Shown here piece after piece: positions 9,853-19,239 of a stretch of DNA of 64,000 nucleotides (within the stretch, counting starts at the first letter, position 1; every line of letters starts with the position of its first letter). The position numbers and the translations under genes are program-made. This DNA is from an uncultured virus (IMG/VR IMGVR_UViG_3300006417_000331) (taxonomy: Duplodnaviria > Heunggongvirae > Uroviricota > Caudoviricetes): the IMG/VR virus record IMGVR_UViG_3300006417_000331; one strand, 5' to 3'. The notes beneath the pieces were generated by a model. The model saw nothing but the letters and a program-made list of their open reading frames with translations, was not told the origin of the DNA and ran no database searches.

Positions 9853-10074
9853 CTAATACATATTAGTATTAAGGTATTTTACAATCACTCTGGTAATAAA
9901 TGAGGCTCTCTTGAGTCCTTCGCTTTTTGCTGCCGCATCTATTCGTTCAAGAATATCGGGTTTTAACCGCAGGGTTATCGCCCAACGTGAAGGTTCTTTT
10001 TTATTAGCCTCTGCAATAAAAGAATCAGCCGTCTTTGGTATGCCTGGAGTTTTTGGTTTCTTTGGAATCGCCAT
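9853..10074 (-). CDS. Ribbon-helix-helix (CopG/ParG-like) partition partner
   Basis: Flexible N-terminal tail, then ITLRLKPDILERIDAAAKSEGLKRASFI; directly downstream of parA. Confidence 0.75.
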   Translation of the reverse strand: MAIPKKPKTPGIPKTADSFIAEANKKEPSRWAITLRLKPDILERIDAAAKSEGLKRASFITRVIVKYLNTNMY

Positions 10075-10081
10075 TCTCTGT

Positions 10082-10708
10082 TCACTCTTGGTGATATACG
10101 AAAGAAACTAATTGATTAAACTCGTTAATCGCCTTTGAATTACGTGGCTTAAATTCTTCAATCCCTTTTCCTTGAGAGATAGAATCAGAGTAGGCTTTTC
10201 TTCTATAAATTGGACAGTCTAAATACTGTATTCCAGAAAAGTCTATCATATAGGTTTCAGCGTATTTATTATCACTTCCCTGTACGTCTGCAAGATTTAG
10301 CACTGCATAGCAGCGCATAGAAGGATTGAACGTCTTTGCCTCATCAATAAGGGTTGCTACCGTTTCCATGGCCCACATATCGAAGGTGCGGGGCTGAATC
10401 GGAATCAGCAGGCGATGGGTAATAGTGAGCGCTGCTCGAAATGATCCACTATCGCGTCCGCCGACATCAATGATGATCTCAGGGTAGTTCACCGCGAGCT
10501 TTGGCACCTGACTACGAATCTGGGTCCCTGTCAACGCAACTGCAACATAATCCTGCCGGTTGCGAAGCTGAGTAAATGACAAGGCCGATTGCTGTTCATC
10601 CCCATCCACCAGCAGCACGGAATGGCTCTTGGCTCGATGAATAGCGATATTCACCGCAAAAGTTGATTTTCCAGTTCCGCCTTTGGTGTTTCCTATCGTG
10701 AGTATCAT
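10082..10708 (-). CDS. parA: Short ParA/ParF-type partition ATPase
   Basis: Deviant Walker A KGGTGKS, LLVDGDEQ, IIIDVGG; 208 aa with no N-terminal HTH (type Ib). Confidence 0.9.
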   Translation of the reverse strand: MILTIGNTKGGTGKSTFAVNIAIHRAKSHSVLLVDGDEQQSALSFTQLRNRQDYVAVALTGTQIRSQVPKLAVNYPEIIIDVGGRDSGSFRAALTITHRLLIPIQPRTFDMWAMETVATLIDEAKTFNPSMRCYAVLNLADVQGSDNKYAETYMIDFSGIQYLDCPIYRRKAYSDSISQGKGIEEFKPRNSKAINEFNQLVSFVYHQE

Positions 10709-10965
10709 CTTAATATCATTTTAATATCTAAGTGATATTTATAGTATATCTTTTTACTAGCTTATAGTAAAAATTGTTTTTATCCATCCGTTATAAACCT
10801 CACTAATTCAAGATTACTACTGTAATCATGATAAACAGAGTTATCGTAACCAGAGTACCGAAATGAAGATTATTCGATCTACTTTTTGGATTTCGTACCT
10901 CAGAACAGAGTTTGTTGACTTATGGGGCCGTCATCGTGTCTTCATATACAGGAAGGTGATCGTGG

Positions 10966-11250
10966 TCAACGTGTAGGCCAACGTCCAGACTCGATCCAAG
11001 CCTTCTCGGCTTCTTCATCCCATTTTTTGTTCAAGAGGATGGAAAACTCCATTTCAGAAATTCGTATCCCTCCTGTTTCTGCGGGGTGTATCACTTTGAC
11101 GGTGATCGTTTCACCGCCTCCAGTCGGGCTACACGGCATTTGCTGAATCACGGGGGGCGCACCGGGCGTCAGTGACGGACATTTATAGAAAGATTGCCCA
11201 AAGGCCGGGGCCATCACGGAGAGTAATAATGCGGTAACAAGTAATCTCAT
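10966..11250 (-). CDS. Small secreted protein (DUF4124-like)
   Basis: Signal peptide followed by YKC...Q.MPC. Confidence 0.55.
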   Translation of the reverse strand: MRLLVTALLLSVMAPAFGQSFYKCPSLTPGAPPVIQQMPCSPTGGGETITVKVIHPAETGGIRISEMEFSILLNKKWDEEAEKAWIESGRWPTR

Positions 11251-11693
11251 GATGATTCGCTCCAGTGGATTGAATCACTTATTTTACATCGTTACTTTAT
11301 TTTTGAGTAACAAAATAATCAAACAGTAGCCGCCATGTATTCAGCAGGTGCGTACCCACCTTGAAAAGGGTGTGCGCTACGTGAAATCTGAGGAACTGGC
11401 AAGGTCTGGATAGCGAAGCACGAGCGTAGCGCAACGGTTCAAAGAGGCTATTTTGATGCGGTTGACGGATACTCCTTGATAAAAACTATCTAAACAATAT
11501 CTTTATGATATTGATATGATATTCAAAAATAAATTTTATGTTACATAGACAAGGTCTCTTGCACAACCCCAAAAAACGTATATATTGACTCTTAGAAAAA
11601 ACAAAAGGCCGACACCTTTTCAGGCATCGGCCTCTCGCCCTTCCGGCAGCGCCCGCAAAGCGTTGTAGTTCCGGGAGTGTCAACGTCCATACC

Positions 11694-12770
11694 GTGGAGT
11701 CGGACGCTATGTTACCCTCCCTTGCTAAAAAAACCAATACCCTCACTTCAGAACCTTTCGCCTTAGTGCCGATCAGCACTCTTGCCAGGCTTGGCGAATG
11801 CAGCCGTTCCGAAATCCTCACCTTTACCGCGCTCGCGGCTCACGCCGATCCATCGGGACACTGTTGGCCGGGACGTGAACGTCTGTCCGCGCTAACCGGC
11901 CTGTCGCCAACGCGAATCAGCAAAGCCACTTCTGGACTGGAACAGCGCGGCTTGCTGCGTAAAACCTGTCAAAATGGGATTCGCGTCGATTATTACCTGC
12001 TGACCCCTGTCCGAAACGGCACCCCCCCCGTGCCCAAAACGGCACACAGAACAGATCATTCAACAGACCAGAAAACAGAGAGAGCCGCTAAGCCCGTTTC
12101 GCCACCGGCTGACCTCTCACCGGCGCAAGCGCCGCTCTCTCTGGTTGATGACCTTCAAGAGCCTGTAGCCCCTGTAGCCCCTGTAGCCCCTGTAGCCCCG
12201 GTTCAACCCGATCCTCTTGATCTACTCAAGACCAAGACAGCCCCTCCTGACAGCATCCCCCCGGCATGGCTGAAAGAGAGCGCTACCCTGCGTCCTGATC
12301 TGAATCAAGCCCAGATCAAAGCCAGCGCTGAAGTTTTCCTTGACCATCACCGTGCCAAAGGGACAACTCTGGCAGACTGGCGACCGGCCTGGCGCAACTG
12401 GATACGTCGAGAACGTGCTGCCAAAGCACCTGCAAAGCCTCTGAACACCACAAATGCAGACTCCCGCTATCCACATACCCGACCGCCACTATCGCCTGAA
12501 GAACAGGCACGGCAGGTGGAAATCGAAGCGGCTCGCACCGCAGCGGCGGATCGCGCTCACGAAGAACGAATCAAAGAGTATCGCCGGGTCAGCGGACTTA
12601 ACGATCCGAAGTCCGGCGCAAGGCCCACGCCTCCAAGCCCGCAGCGACCGCCTATCTCCTTGCGGCAGCAACGCGATGAGATTGATCAGCGTGAGCGCTG
12701 CCAACGATTCGAGGAAAATCGCAGAGCGCAACTGGAGGCGCTAGAGCGACGATTGAGGGGTATTCCATAA
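11694..12770 (+). CDS. HTH-type replication initiator/replisome organiser
   Basis: N-terminal winged HTH (CWPGRERLSALTGLS..RISKA...LEQRGLL), Pro-rich linker, F.DHH....ADWRPAWRNWIRR C-terminal domain. Confidence 0.75.
   Translation: MESDAMLPSLAKKTNTLTSEPFALVPISTLARLGECSRSEILTFTALAAHADPSGHCWPGRERLSALTGLSPTRISKATSGLEQRGLLRKTCQNGIRVDYYLLTPVRNGTPPVPKTAHRTDHSTDQKTERAAKPVSPPADLSPAQAPLSLVDDLQEPVAPVAPVAPVAPVQPDPLDLLKTKTAPPDSIPPAWLKESATLRPDLNQAQIKASAEVFLDHHRAKGTTLADWRPAWRNWIRRERAAKAPAKPLNTTNADSRYPHTRPPLSPEEQARQVEIEAARTAAADRAHEERIKEYRRVSGLNDPKSGARPTPPSPQRPPISLRQQRDEIDQRERCQRFEENRRAQLEALERRLRGIP
12162..12199 (+). repeat. 9-bp tandem repeat (CCTGTAGCC)x4 inside the rep gene
   Basis: Visible directly; encodes PVAPVAPVAPVA. 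Could be a linker or an iteron. Confidence 0.8.
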
Positions 12771-12804
12771 ACAGATCGTTTTAACGCTAAGTTATGGTGA
12801 CTTG

Positions 12805-13074
12805 CTATTCATCTGGTTCATGTGCTGTAAGAGTTAAACCGGCGCGATAGCCGCGCCCTAACGCAGCGCGGTTCTGGTCGGTATCGTTGATGGCATTCAG
12901 GTACAGATCGTGCTCGGCGTCCGTGCCGAAATTTTGCCCATGGTGGGCGCGACGAAGGCCGCGCATGTATCCAGTCCACCAGGCTTGATGCGGGTGGTCA
13001 TGGCGTCGCAGGGTGTCCGCGCGGCGCATGAGAGATCGAAAGTTGCTGCTGTCGCTGCTCATGATACCTCTCAA
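12805..13074 (-). CDS. Hypothetical protein
   Basis: GC-rich ORF with WWTGYMRGLRR; the true start is probably the second Met after GAGG. Confidence 0.55.
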   Translation of the reverse strand: MRGIMSSDSSNFRSLMRRADTLRRHDHPHQAWWTGYMRGLRRAHHGQNFGTDAEHDLYLNAINDTDQNRAALGRGYRAGLTLTAHEPDE

Positions 13075-13109
13075 AGCAAAAGCCCGCCGGGTGCGGGCTG
13101 TGGAGGGAG

Positions 13110-13370
13110 TTATTCAAAATCCTTGGCGAGTTCCTTGGCCTCCCGGCAATCTATTATCCAAGAAGCAAGAGCGTCTAGTGCCTCCTCCTCCGTCGCAAAT
13201 TCATCTGTGATCCTGCGGAAACCGTCCTCGTCGAGTTCTGTGTCTCCATACGATTCAGGAACACCTGCCGCCAATACGGCCCATACTGTCTTTGGCGGCT
13301 GTGCGTTACGGTGCTTCGCTAGAAGGAACGCACAGCTTCTTTGGTAAGAGATCACCTTAAAAGTTTTCAT
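13110..13370 (-). CDS. Hypothetical protein
   Basis: Overlaps the upstream ORF and is followed by a terminator-like hairpin at about 13077-13099. Confidence 0.5.
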   Translation of the reverse strand: MKTFKVISYQRSCAFLLAKHRNAQPPKTVWAVLAAGVPESYGDTELDEDGFRRITDEFATEEEALDALASWIIDCREAKELAKDFE

Positions 13371-13626
13371 CTTGAAACCCTTTTTCAGCGAAAGTGAGTT
13401 CGTTTACAATGGTTAATGCTAATAGGGTCATTTTTATCCCTAAAAAATGAAAAACGGAAGCCCAAACAGCTTTATTCAAAGCTCTTTTTTGATGTGAGTT
13501 AGATTGTCTCAGTATTGAGGCAATCTTTCGACACTCTTCGATCTTTGCAGAGTCTGCATCTTCTGCTGATTCTGCTTCTTCAGCCAGCATCTCTAGATAC
13601 TTTGCTGCTTTTTCTAGTCTATCCAT
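13357..13626 (-). CDS. Hypothetical protein
   Basis: GAGAGG RBS. Confidence 0.5.
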   Translation of the reverse strand: MDRLEKAAKYLEMLAEEAESAEDADSAKIEECRKIASILRQSNSHQKRALNKAVWASVFHFLGIKMTLLALTIVNELTFAEKGFQDENF

Positions 13627-13677
13627 CTTTACCTCTCCTGGAGCTTACCGGCCCCGGTCGGAAAGAGCGATTCCCGC

Positions 13678-13857
13678 TCAGTGATTTTTATTATACCTGA
13701 CAGCATCCCCTTTGGTATCAATCGCTGGATTTTCCTCTTTTATTCTTGATTTAATGATCGCAATGGCAAGTTCAAACTCAGGCTCAAGTCGTTTGTACTC
13801 TGCCCGATAGTCGGGGTCTTTCATCCATTCCGCGTGTAAATCACGAATTTTAGTCAT
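13678..13857 (-). pseudogene. Truncated HigA-like XRE antitoxin N-terminus (59 aa)
   Basis: Manual translation: MTKIRDLHAEWMKDPDYRAEYKRLEPEFELAIAIIKSR..., then diverges where the HTH should be. AGAGGTGA RBS is intact. Confidence 0.65.
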
Positions 13858-13890
13858 ATATCACCTCTTTAACTTTTTCGAGTGAGTTCA

Positions 13891-14196
13891 TCATAAGGTC
13901 TCTATTGATTCATCAATCAAGAATGGCTCCCCTAATTCTGGAATTAAGATAGAAAACCTACCAATAATCCCTCGATAATTACACTCTACAATAAGTGCAG
14001 GGCGTAACGATCTTGATCCTATTGCATTTGAATACTCCAGATGCTCGACGCCAAGCAACTTAAATTTTGCTCTAGCTCCTGCTTCTCCTGCACTGTTAAA
14101 CCATTTCGTTTCACAAATTGATTCACGAGCTTTTCTTAGAAAGAAATCGTTGAGCTTTTCAATCATACGTTTAATCCATTTGTAGCCCATAAACAA
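13891..14196 (-). CDS. Hypothetical protein
   Basis: ORF on the coding strand of the arm. Confidence 0.4.
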   Translation of the reverse strand: MFMGYKWIKRMIEKLNDFFLRKARESICETKWFNSAGEAGARAKFKLLGVEHLEYSNAIGSRSLRPALIVECNYRGIIGRFSILIPELGEPFLIDESIETL

Positions 14197-14317
14197 AAGA
14201 AGCTACCCATCGGACTGCCTGATGGTAGCTCCTTTTTAATGCTAAGTCGTTGATTTCAAACGAAATCACGTGATGATGTTACCATGGACTGTAAACATGA
14301 TCAATACGGATGTCAAA

Positions 14318-14590
14318 TCAAAAGTCCCATTCTACTATTCGCGGCTCGGCCCCTTGGGAGCGCAACCACGGCACCAGCTTCTCGTCGAAGCAGTTACAAC
14401 ACAAATCGAAACAGGTTTCAGTCCCGCTACCACTGTCCTGGTAAAGTTTACCTTTTTTGTGACGTACTTCGACTTCGCTTATATCATAATTCCTTTCTTC
14501 TATTTTCTTACCGCAAAGGTCGCAGGTGATTAAATCAACAATTTTCTTGGTTGTTTCTGGAACTTTAACAATTTTCATATGCTTCATCAT
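14318..14590 (-). CDS. Small Zn-finger-like phage protein
   Basis: CDLC...DLCCNCF; AAGGA RBS. Confidence 0.6.
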   Translation of the reverse strand: MMKHMKIVKVPETTKKIVDLITCDLCGKKIEERNYDISEVEVRHKKGKLYQDSGSGTETCFDLCCNCFDEKLVPWLRSQGAEPRIVEWDF

Positions 14591-14599
14591 TTTTTCCTT

Positions 14600-14704
14600 T
14601 CAATTCAAAGAGGAAGTACAAATTTTAACAACACGTTTACAGGTTTCTAGATCAAATTCTCCAATATGACAGTTATTTACGGAAATCCATAACTGTTGAG
14701 CAAG
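14600..14704 (-). pseudogene. C-terminal remnant of a DUF3268-like zinc-finger protein
   Basis: Manual translation LAQQLWISVNNCHIGEFDLETCKRVVKIC with no start codon; matches the CHIG.FD..C..V tail of that phage family. Confidence 0.5.
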
Positions 14705-14706
14705 CG

Positions 14707-15090
14707 TTATTTGTTCTGTGGATTGGTAGGAATTAACCCTACTACTCTAAGGCGATTAAATTTTTTAATGATACGATTGAAATTAAGGGCTATAACATAA
14801 GGGAGTACCTCGACAATCTCAACCCACTTTATTTTTGTGCGAATATATTTATCTTTTGTTTTCGCAGTGTTGCGGACAAAGAGATTATCACCTGCCTGAT
14901 GTGGCCTCCCGGAATGCGAGATTATCTTGAGTGGCTCGTAAACATTTGCTGCGTATCCATTACGTATCGCCAGCGCATTATTGATTGCATGGCGTCGCGC
15001 AACGTAATCAATAGCTTTGCTGACGGAATGTTTCCCACCGCCAGCCACAAACAGGATTTTTCCACTTATCCCATGGAGAACGTAGATCAT
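14707..15090 (-). CDS. Hypothetical protein
   Basis: ATGA overlap with the upstream ORF. Confidence 0.5.
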   Translation of the reverse strand: MIYVLHGISGKILFVAGGGKHSVSKAIDYVARRHAINNALAIRNGYAANVYEPLKIISHSGRPHQAGDNLFVRNTAKTKDKYIRTKIKWVEIVEVLPYVIALNFNRIIKKFNRLRVVGLIPTNPQNK

Positions 15091-15428
15091 TCGTTATCCT
15101 CCAGCGAGTCTTTTTCACTTTTTTCATTCAGATATTTAATCCATGCTTCTGCGACAGAAGCAGGGAGCAACCGTCTAATTTCATTATAGACGAATGTGTT
15201 GCAGTTGCTAAGCATTGGGACAAACTGGGTGGTGATGACTACTTCAAACGTACAGAAGCTGTCATCTGCTTCAACGAGAACTTCGTTTCCTGATGTATCC
15301 TTTGTTTCGTATTCATGTGTTGGGCTGTACTTCTCGTTCATCATCGCGGCAAATTCACGGGCATGTTGTATGTCGTGAAACTTAGCGATGATCATTCCTT
15401 TCTCTTTCTTTTTTATTAAAACCGTCAA
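15087..15428 (-). CDS. Hypothetical protein
   Basis: Coupled ORF; probable start at MIIAKF after AAGGA. Confidence 0.5.
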   Translation of the reverse strand: MTVLIKKKEKGMIIAKFHDIQHAREFAAMMNEKYSPTHEYETKDTSGNEVLVEADDSFCTFEVVITTQFVPMLSNCNTFVYNEIRRLLPASVAEAWIKYLNEKSEKDSLEDNE

Positions 15429-15515
15429 GCCCTTCTACGTCTCCATTGATTTCATCAAAAAAGTCTTCTCGCGTTGATTCTATATTTACAAGTCTTGTAG
15501 CTATCTGTTTTTTGT

Positions 15516-15785
15516 TCATTTTAAGCTCCTATGTTCTGTAACAGAATAACCAAGCTCATTAAATTCATTTTCAAGCCCTAGTTCACAAATCACACGATGT
15601 AGCAACGCCCTACAGTGTTTGAATTCTTCTAATCGTTCCTCTTTTGTTAGATAAGGCCGATAATCCGTATTTTCTACAGTCCGGTTATTCCTGCCTTCAG
15701 CGGCATTCATCGCACATTTTATAGCATTAGCTATGTCAATAGCAATGCTCATTCTTGATTCATTACTAAATAATTCAGTTGTCAT
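15516..15785 (-). CDS. Hypothetical protein
   Basis: ORF on the coding strand. Confidence 0.45.
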   Translation of the reverse strand: MTTELFSNESRMSIAIDIANAIKCAMNAAEGRNNRTVENTDYRPYLTKEERLEEFKHCRALLHRVICELGLENEFNELGYSVTEHRSLK

Positions 15786-16059
15786 TGATTAAAACTCGCA
15801 CTTTCGAGCGAGTTCCTCATTAGTGTCGTTTACGCAGTAATAGAATTTTCAATCGCGTCAATCCAGTTCTTGATCTTCAATTTCGCAGTCATCGAGACCG
15901 TCGTTGTCTGGATTCTGTCTGATGAAATCCCGGCTTCAAGGAATAACTCTGTATCTTGTAAAAAATATCTATTGCTAGGGCGATGGTGCTGGAACGTGGA
16001 CATCACGTTCCATTCTTCATCACAATTTACTCGGAGCATCGGCACCGCATCGCCTGAGC

Positions 16060-16260
16060 CTTACTGATAAACTAAGTTATCAGGCAGTTATTCTAGATGA
16101 GCTAGTGCGATGAAACAGCACGGATAGCTTGATACTCTTGGTTGTTCATTGCTGCCATTCTCAATCTTCATAGCGATAATCCAGTGTTGTTTCTTCATAT
16201 TCGTCTTCACTCACCACCTGCTAAAAGACTTGCGGTCAAAGGATCGATTGGGTAATGCAT
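16060..16260 (-). pseudogene. Decayed duplicate of the 18970-19152 gene plus the start of the RecE-like gene
   Basis: Translates to VSEDEYEETTLDYRYED*EWQQ* and MNNQEYQAIRAVSSH*LI*, compared with VTEEEYDIVLDYRYEDGEWQQ and MNNRKYQAIRAVSSHWLI near 18.9 kb. Confidence 0.75.
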
Positions 16261-16412
16261 TGCGTTCTCCTCAGTATGGCTTGGCGTTGAAAGGGTTAAA
16301 GATTTTGGTGGTGTTGGAACGTCATATCGACGCTCACTTCTTCGTTTCAGTTGATGCGGATGATTAGCACCGCGTTGCCTGCGTTAGAGAATTGAGTTTT
16401 CCTTGTGTATCG

Positions 16413-16997
16413 TTAAAATAGAAAAGTTTTTTGAGAAACTTCATGAGCAAACTGTTCAGCCATGGCTTCAGCAATACCTTGATAGGTACGGCTGCGTTCT
16501 TTCCATCGATTAGGGCTTGGAGGCATACGATGCACTCTATTCTCACGCCCATCCACAATATTAGTAGGTTGTAACAGTGGTAAATTCTTTAGCCACAAAC
16601 ACGTTGATTTTGTTTCTCCATGCCCGAATTGCCATGGATGAATAATTTGGTCTGGCTTGCGAATGTGACTGCTTATAATACTAATTGGATTTTCCAGCGC
16701 AATCCTATTAATTGGCGAATTCAGTAACTGTCTAACGAAATTTAGAGCCTCTTGTTGTCGCCCATCTTTCTGTTTCTCATTGAAGTACCTGGCACCACTC
16801 ACAGCTAAATGAGTGCAAGGAGGATGGAAGATTGCTAAATCCCATGCTTGATTCAAAAGCAATCTAACATCTCCGACAATATGATAGTCTGAATTATCAT
16901 CTGATTCCAATAAATCACATGACCATGCATCATGACCTCGAAGTCGAAAGGCTTGTCTAACTATGCCAGAGTATTCACATCCAATAAGAACTTTCAT
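16413..16997 (-). CDS. Phage-type DNA cytosine methyltransferase
   Basis: MKVLIGCEYSG..R.AF...G.DAWSCDL, AIFHPPCTHL (catalytic PC), ALENP, K.TCLWL, RSRTY.GIA.AMA.Q. Confidence 0.8.
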   Translation of the reverse strand: MKVLIGCEYSGIVRQAFRLRGHDAWSCDLLESDDNSDYHIVGDVRLLLNQAWDLAIFHPPCTHLAVSGARYFNEKQKDGRQQEALNFVRQLLNSPINRIALENPISIISSHIRKPDQIIHPWQFGHGETKSTCLWLKNLPLLQPTNIVDGRENRVHRMPPSPNRWKERSRTYQGIAEAMAEQFAHEVSQKTFLF

Positions 16998-17020
16998 ATC
17001 GATCCATTTAGTTGTTAAAC

Positions 17021-17050
17021 TAAAAAACCCCAAATTTGTGGGGTTTTTTT
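17021..17050. terminator. Bidirectional terminator
   Basis: AAAAAACCCC-AAATTTGT-GGGGTTTTTTT. Confidence 0.7.
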
Positions 17051-17068
17051 AGCACAGCAACAAGAATC

Positions 17069-17419
17069 TTATTGCTGTATTCGATAGGATTCCAGCTTTA
17101 GTTCAGCTTCATCCTCACTCAATCCTTTAAGAGCTTTCTTCAGCCACTTAGGTTTAGGGCCTCTACCCTTCCAGGTTTCATCATGATTATCTGTATTCAT
17201 GTACCTGGGAGTTACTTTTTCTTCACGAAAGAAAGAGTTTACTTTAATGCCAAGCGCGTTGCATTTTGCAACAAGCGTGGCCGCCAATTCTTTGACCTCG
17301 GAAAGAGACCTTTCCTTTGCCGATTGTTCGGCAGCCTTGATTTTTGCAGCGAGTTCAGTCAACTGCTCAACACCCATTGCATCAAAATTCATATCCTGAT
17401 CAAGATCAAGATCGTTCAT
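17069..17419 (-). CDS. hns: H-NS family nucleoid protein
   Basis: Coiled-coil N-terminus and C-terminal PRY.N...ETWKGRGPKPKWL (TWxGxGRxP-like). Confidence 0.85.
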   Translation of the reverse strand: MNDLDLDQDMNFDAMGVEQLTELAAKIKAAEQSAKERSLSEVKELAATLVAKCNALGIKVNSFFREEKVTPRYMNTDNHDETWKGRGPKPKWLKKALKGLSEDEAELKLESYRIQQ

Positions 17420-17497
17420 TGCATTTTACCCCTTAACTTATCATCAGAATATTTATAATAACATATTTGATGATAAATTCAAGTAATTAATACCGAA

Positions 17498-18055
17498 TTA
17501 TTCGCATGGGCGTAGCAATTTTCCGTAAATCTTGAATCGTTCTATAAACTGCTCGGTTTTGTTACCAAAGTAGAAAAAGGTCTGGCCTCGCGTGTTGCCA
17601 CTGATTTTCTTGCCATCAACAGACACGAAGGCAATGCGGTGATCGGTTAGGCAGATTGCGCTAGAGAAATGAAGAAGGCGTTGAAACCAGAAGGTTTCCG
17701 TGGCATTGTTCGTTAGTACAATTGCTGAAAACCGTTGTCGTACCCACTCACTACAGAATTTTTCAACACAGTGGTCAATAACCCCTCGACCGTAAGGCGG
17801 ATTCATCCAGACCGTTTTAGCGGTCGGCCACGGAAGGGTTTGATTTATTTCCTTACAAAGATACCGATGAGCGCGAACAGTAATATTGGCTATGGAGTCA
17901 CTGTAAGGGTCTAGATCAATCACTTCCAGGACTTCGGTAGCGGAACGAATATACTGTTCTGGCGTATACCATTCACTACGGTCTATCCCTTCAGTAATCT
18001 TATGATTATTGATGCTTCCTACGTAGGCCAGTTGACTCTGTTTAGCCGGTATCAA
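17498..18055 (-). CDS. Phage Dam-like N6-adenine DNA methyltransferase
   Basis: EWYTP, IDLDP, VWMNPPYG, NNATET.WFQ.L, RIAF. Confidence 0.85.
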   Translation of the reverse strand: MIPAKQSQLAYVGSINNHKITEGIDRSEWYTPEQYIRSATEVLEVIDLDPYSDSIANITVRAHRYLCKEINQTLPWPTAKTVWMNPPYGRGVIDHCVEKFCSEWVRQRFSAIVLTNNATETFWFQRLLHFSSAICLTDHRIAFVSVDGKKISGNTRGQTFFYFGNKTEQFIERFKIYGKLLRPCE

Positions 18056-18518
18056 TTTGATTCTCCATTTTGTATTCGAGGTTAAGATAGTAGTTTATTT
18101 CATTGTCATCCATTAAAAATGCACGAGACAAGTCATCAAGACTCACTCCACAGTCTATAATATAGCGCAGCGCGAACGAAAATCCGATAGCGTCATGCTT
18201 TATCCGATCTATCTTGGTTGGTTTGAATATAGGCTCTTTCTTTTTAGGAGGGGGCGCTTCCTTCAATACCAGTTTCTTCCAGTGGATCGGAATCTTTCCG
18301 CCACGGTCGATCCATTTCTGAAATAGTTGTTTGCACAGTGTTTTGCCTGCTGGATGAGTGGGGTCGGACAATACATTAAGCAGCACGGTAATTATAAATT
18401 CATCATGGTCAATAATACTAACACGGCTCCATTTCTTTTTTGCTTCTTCAATAACCGTAAGTAATTTCTTAACAGGTTCAGTATTAAATGATAGATCAAA
18501 ATCAGATTCTTTTTCCAT
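18042..18518 (-). CDS. Hypothetical protein
   Basis: 158 aa, overlapping the MTase start. Confidence 0.55.
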   Translation of the reverse strand: MEKESDFDLSFNTEPVKKLLTVIEEAKKKWSRVSIIDHDEFIITVLLNVLSDPTHPAGKTLCKQLFQKWIDRGGKIPIHWKKLVLKEAPPPKKKEPIFKPTKIDRIKHDAIGFSFALRYIIDCGVSLDDLSRAFLMDDNEINYYLNLEYKMENQIDTG

Positions 18519-18619
18519 TAGAGGGTCCTGCTGAAGCTAATAAATAACTATTGAACGTGCGTCATAGGTCGAAATAAAAAAGGGGCAACTGAATTCATAT
18601 TTCTTACGATAGGTTGCTC

Positions 18620-18982
18620 TTAATAGAACGCCGTCCGTGGCGTGATAGTCCATTATTGTTTCATCGACGAAGTTTGTTGCAGAATGGACCGTGGGCATTG
18701 AGTGCCAAGCCGATAGACAGCGGCATAACGCTCAATCGTGTCATTACCGTTTCGTTACCGCTCGTAGTCCGCGATAAGGAATTCGTCATCGACCTTGCTT
18801 GGAGTCAGCGCCAGCATGTGAACCAGCGTCCCCAACCGCAACGCCTCGCTGGGTTCTTCGATGGGCCGCTGCGGGTCTAGGTATTTGCGCCAGCATTCGG
18901 CGGGCGACTGGCACATCGCAATCAGCCAGTGCGATGAAACCGCACGTATAGCTTGATACTTGCGGTTATTCATTGCTGCCAT
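18620..18982 (-). pseudogene. Decayed RecE/ExoVIII-like (DUF3799) gene
   Basis: N-terminus YQAIRAVSSHWL...SPA...ALRLGTLVHMLALTP, then a stop; frameshifted DYH/TAFY traces follow downstream. Confidence 0.65.
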
Positions 18983-19152
18983 TCGCCATCTTCGTAGCGA
19001 TAATCCAGCACGATGTCGTACTCCTCTTCAGTGACCTCATAAAAGTCAGATGCCTTTAGCTCTTCAAATGGATGGTCTGCTGCTACCGCCTTTTTCGGAT
19101 CGCCGATGCATCCTATCCTCTTTTGGCTGTGAAGCCAGTATCTTTCTTTCAT
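18970..19152 (-). CDS. Small acidic hypothetical protein
   Basis: GGAG RBS; a duplicate at about 16.2 kb supports coding status. Confidence 0.6.
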   Translation of the reverse strand: MKERYWLHSQKRIGCIGDPKKAVAADHPFEELKASDFYEVTEEEYDIVLDYRYEDGEWQQ

Positions 19153-19207
19153 GGTGTAAATTCTCCAATCTGTGATGCCGTCTTCGTAACCTAAGTCATC
19201 TCATCGA

Positions 19208-19239
19208 GAAACCCCATCCTTTATGGCGGGGTAGTTGAC
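19208..19239 (-). mobile_element. Solo IS200/IS605-family (IscB/TnpB-type) terminal hairpin remnant
   Basis: Minus strand reads GTCAACTACCCCGCCATAAAGGATGGGGTTTC, matching the GTCAACTACCCC...TAAAG...GGG end hairpin. No transposase nearby. Confidence 0.6.

Noticed and set aside
11330..11470. Possible single-strand origin or ncRNA upstream of rep (GCGAAGCACGAGCGTAGCG)
   Set aside because: Only a loose resemblance; I could not establish a convincing structure by eye.
11486..13347. Antisense or overlapping ORFs such as 11486-11821, 12222-12731 and 12910-13347 (likewise 29718-30375 + and 39003-39539 -)
   Set aside because: Shadow ORFs of GC-rich genes, with no recognisable motifs and no convincing RBS.
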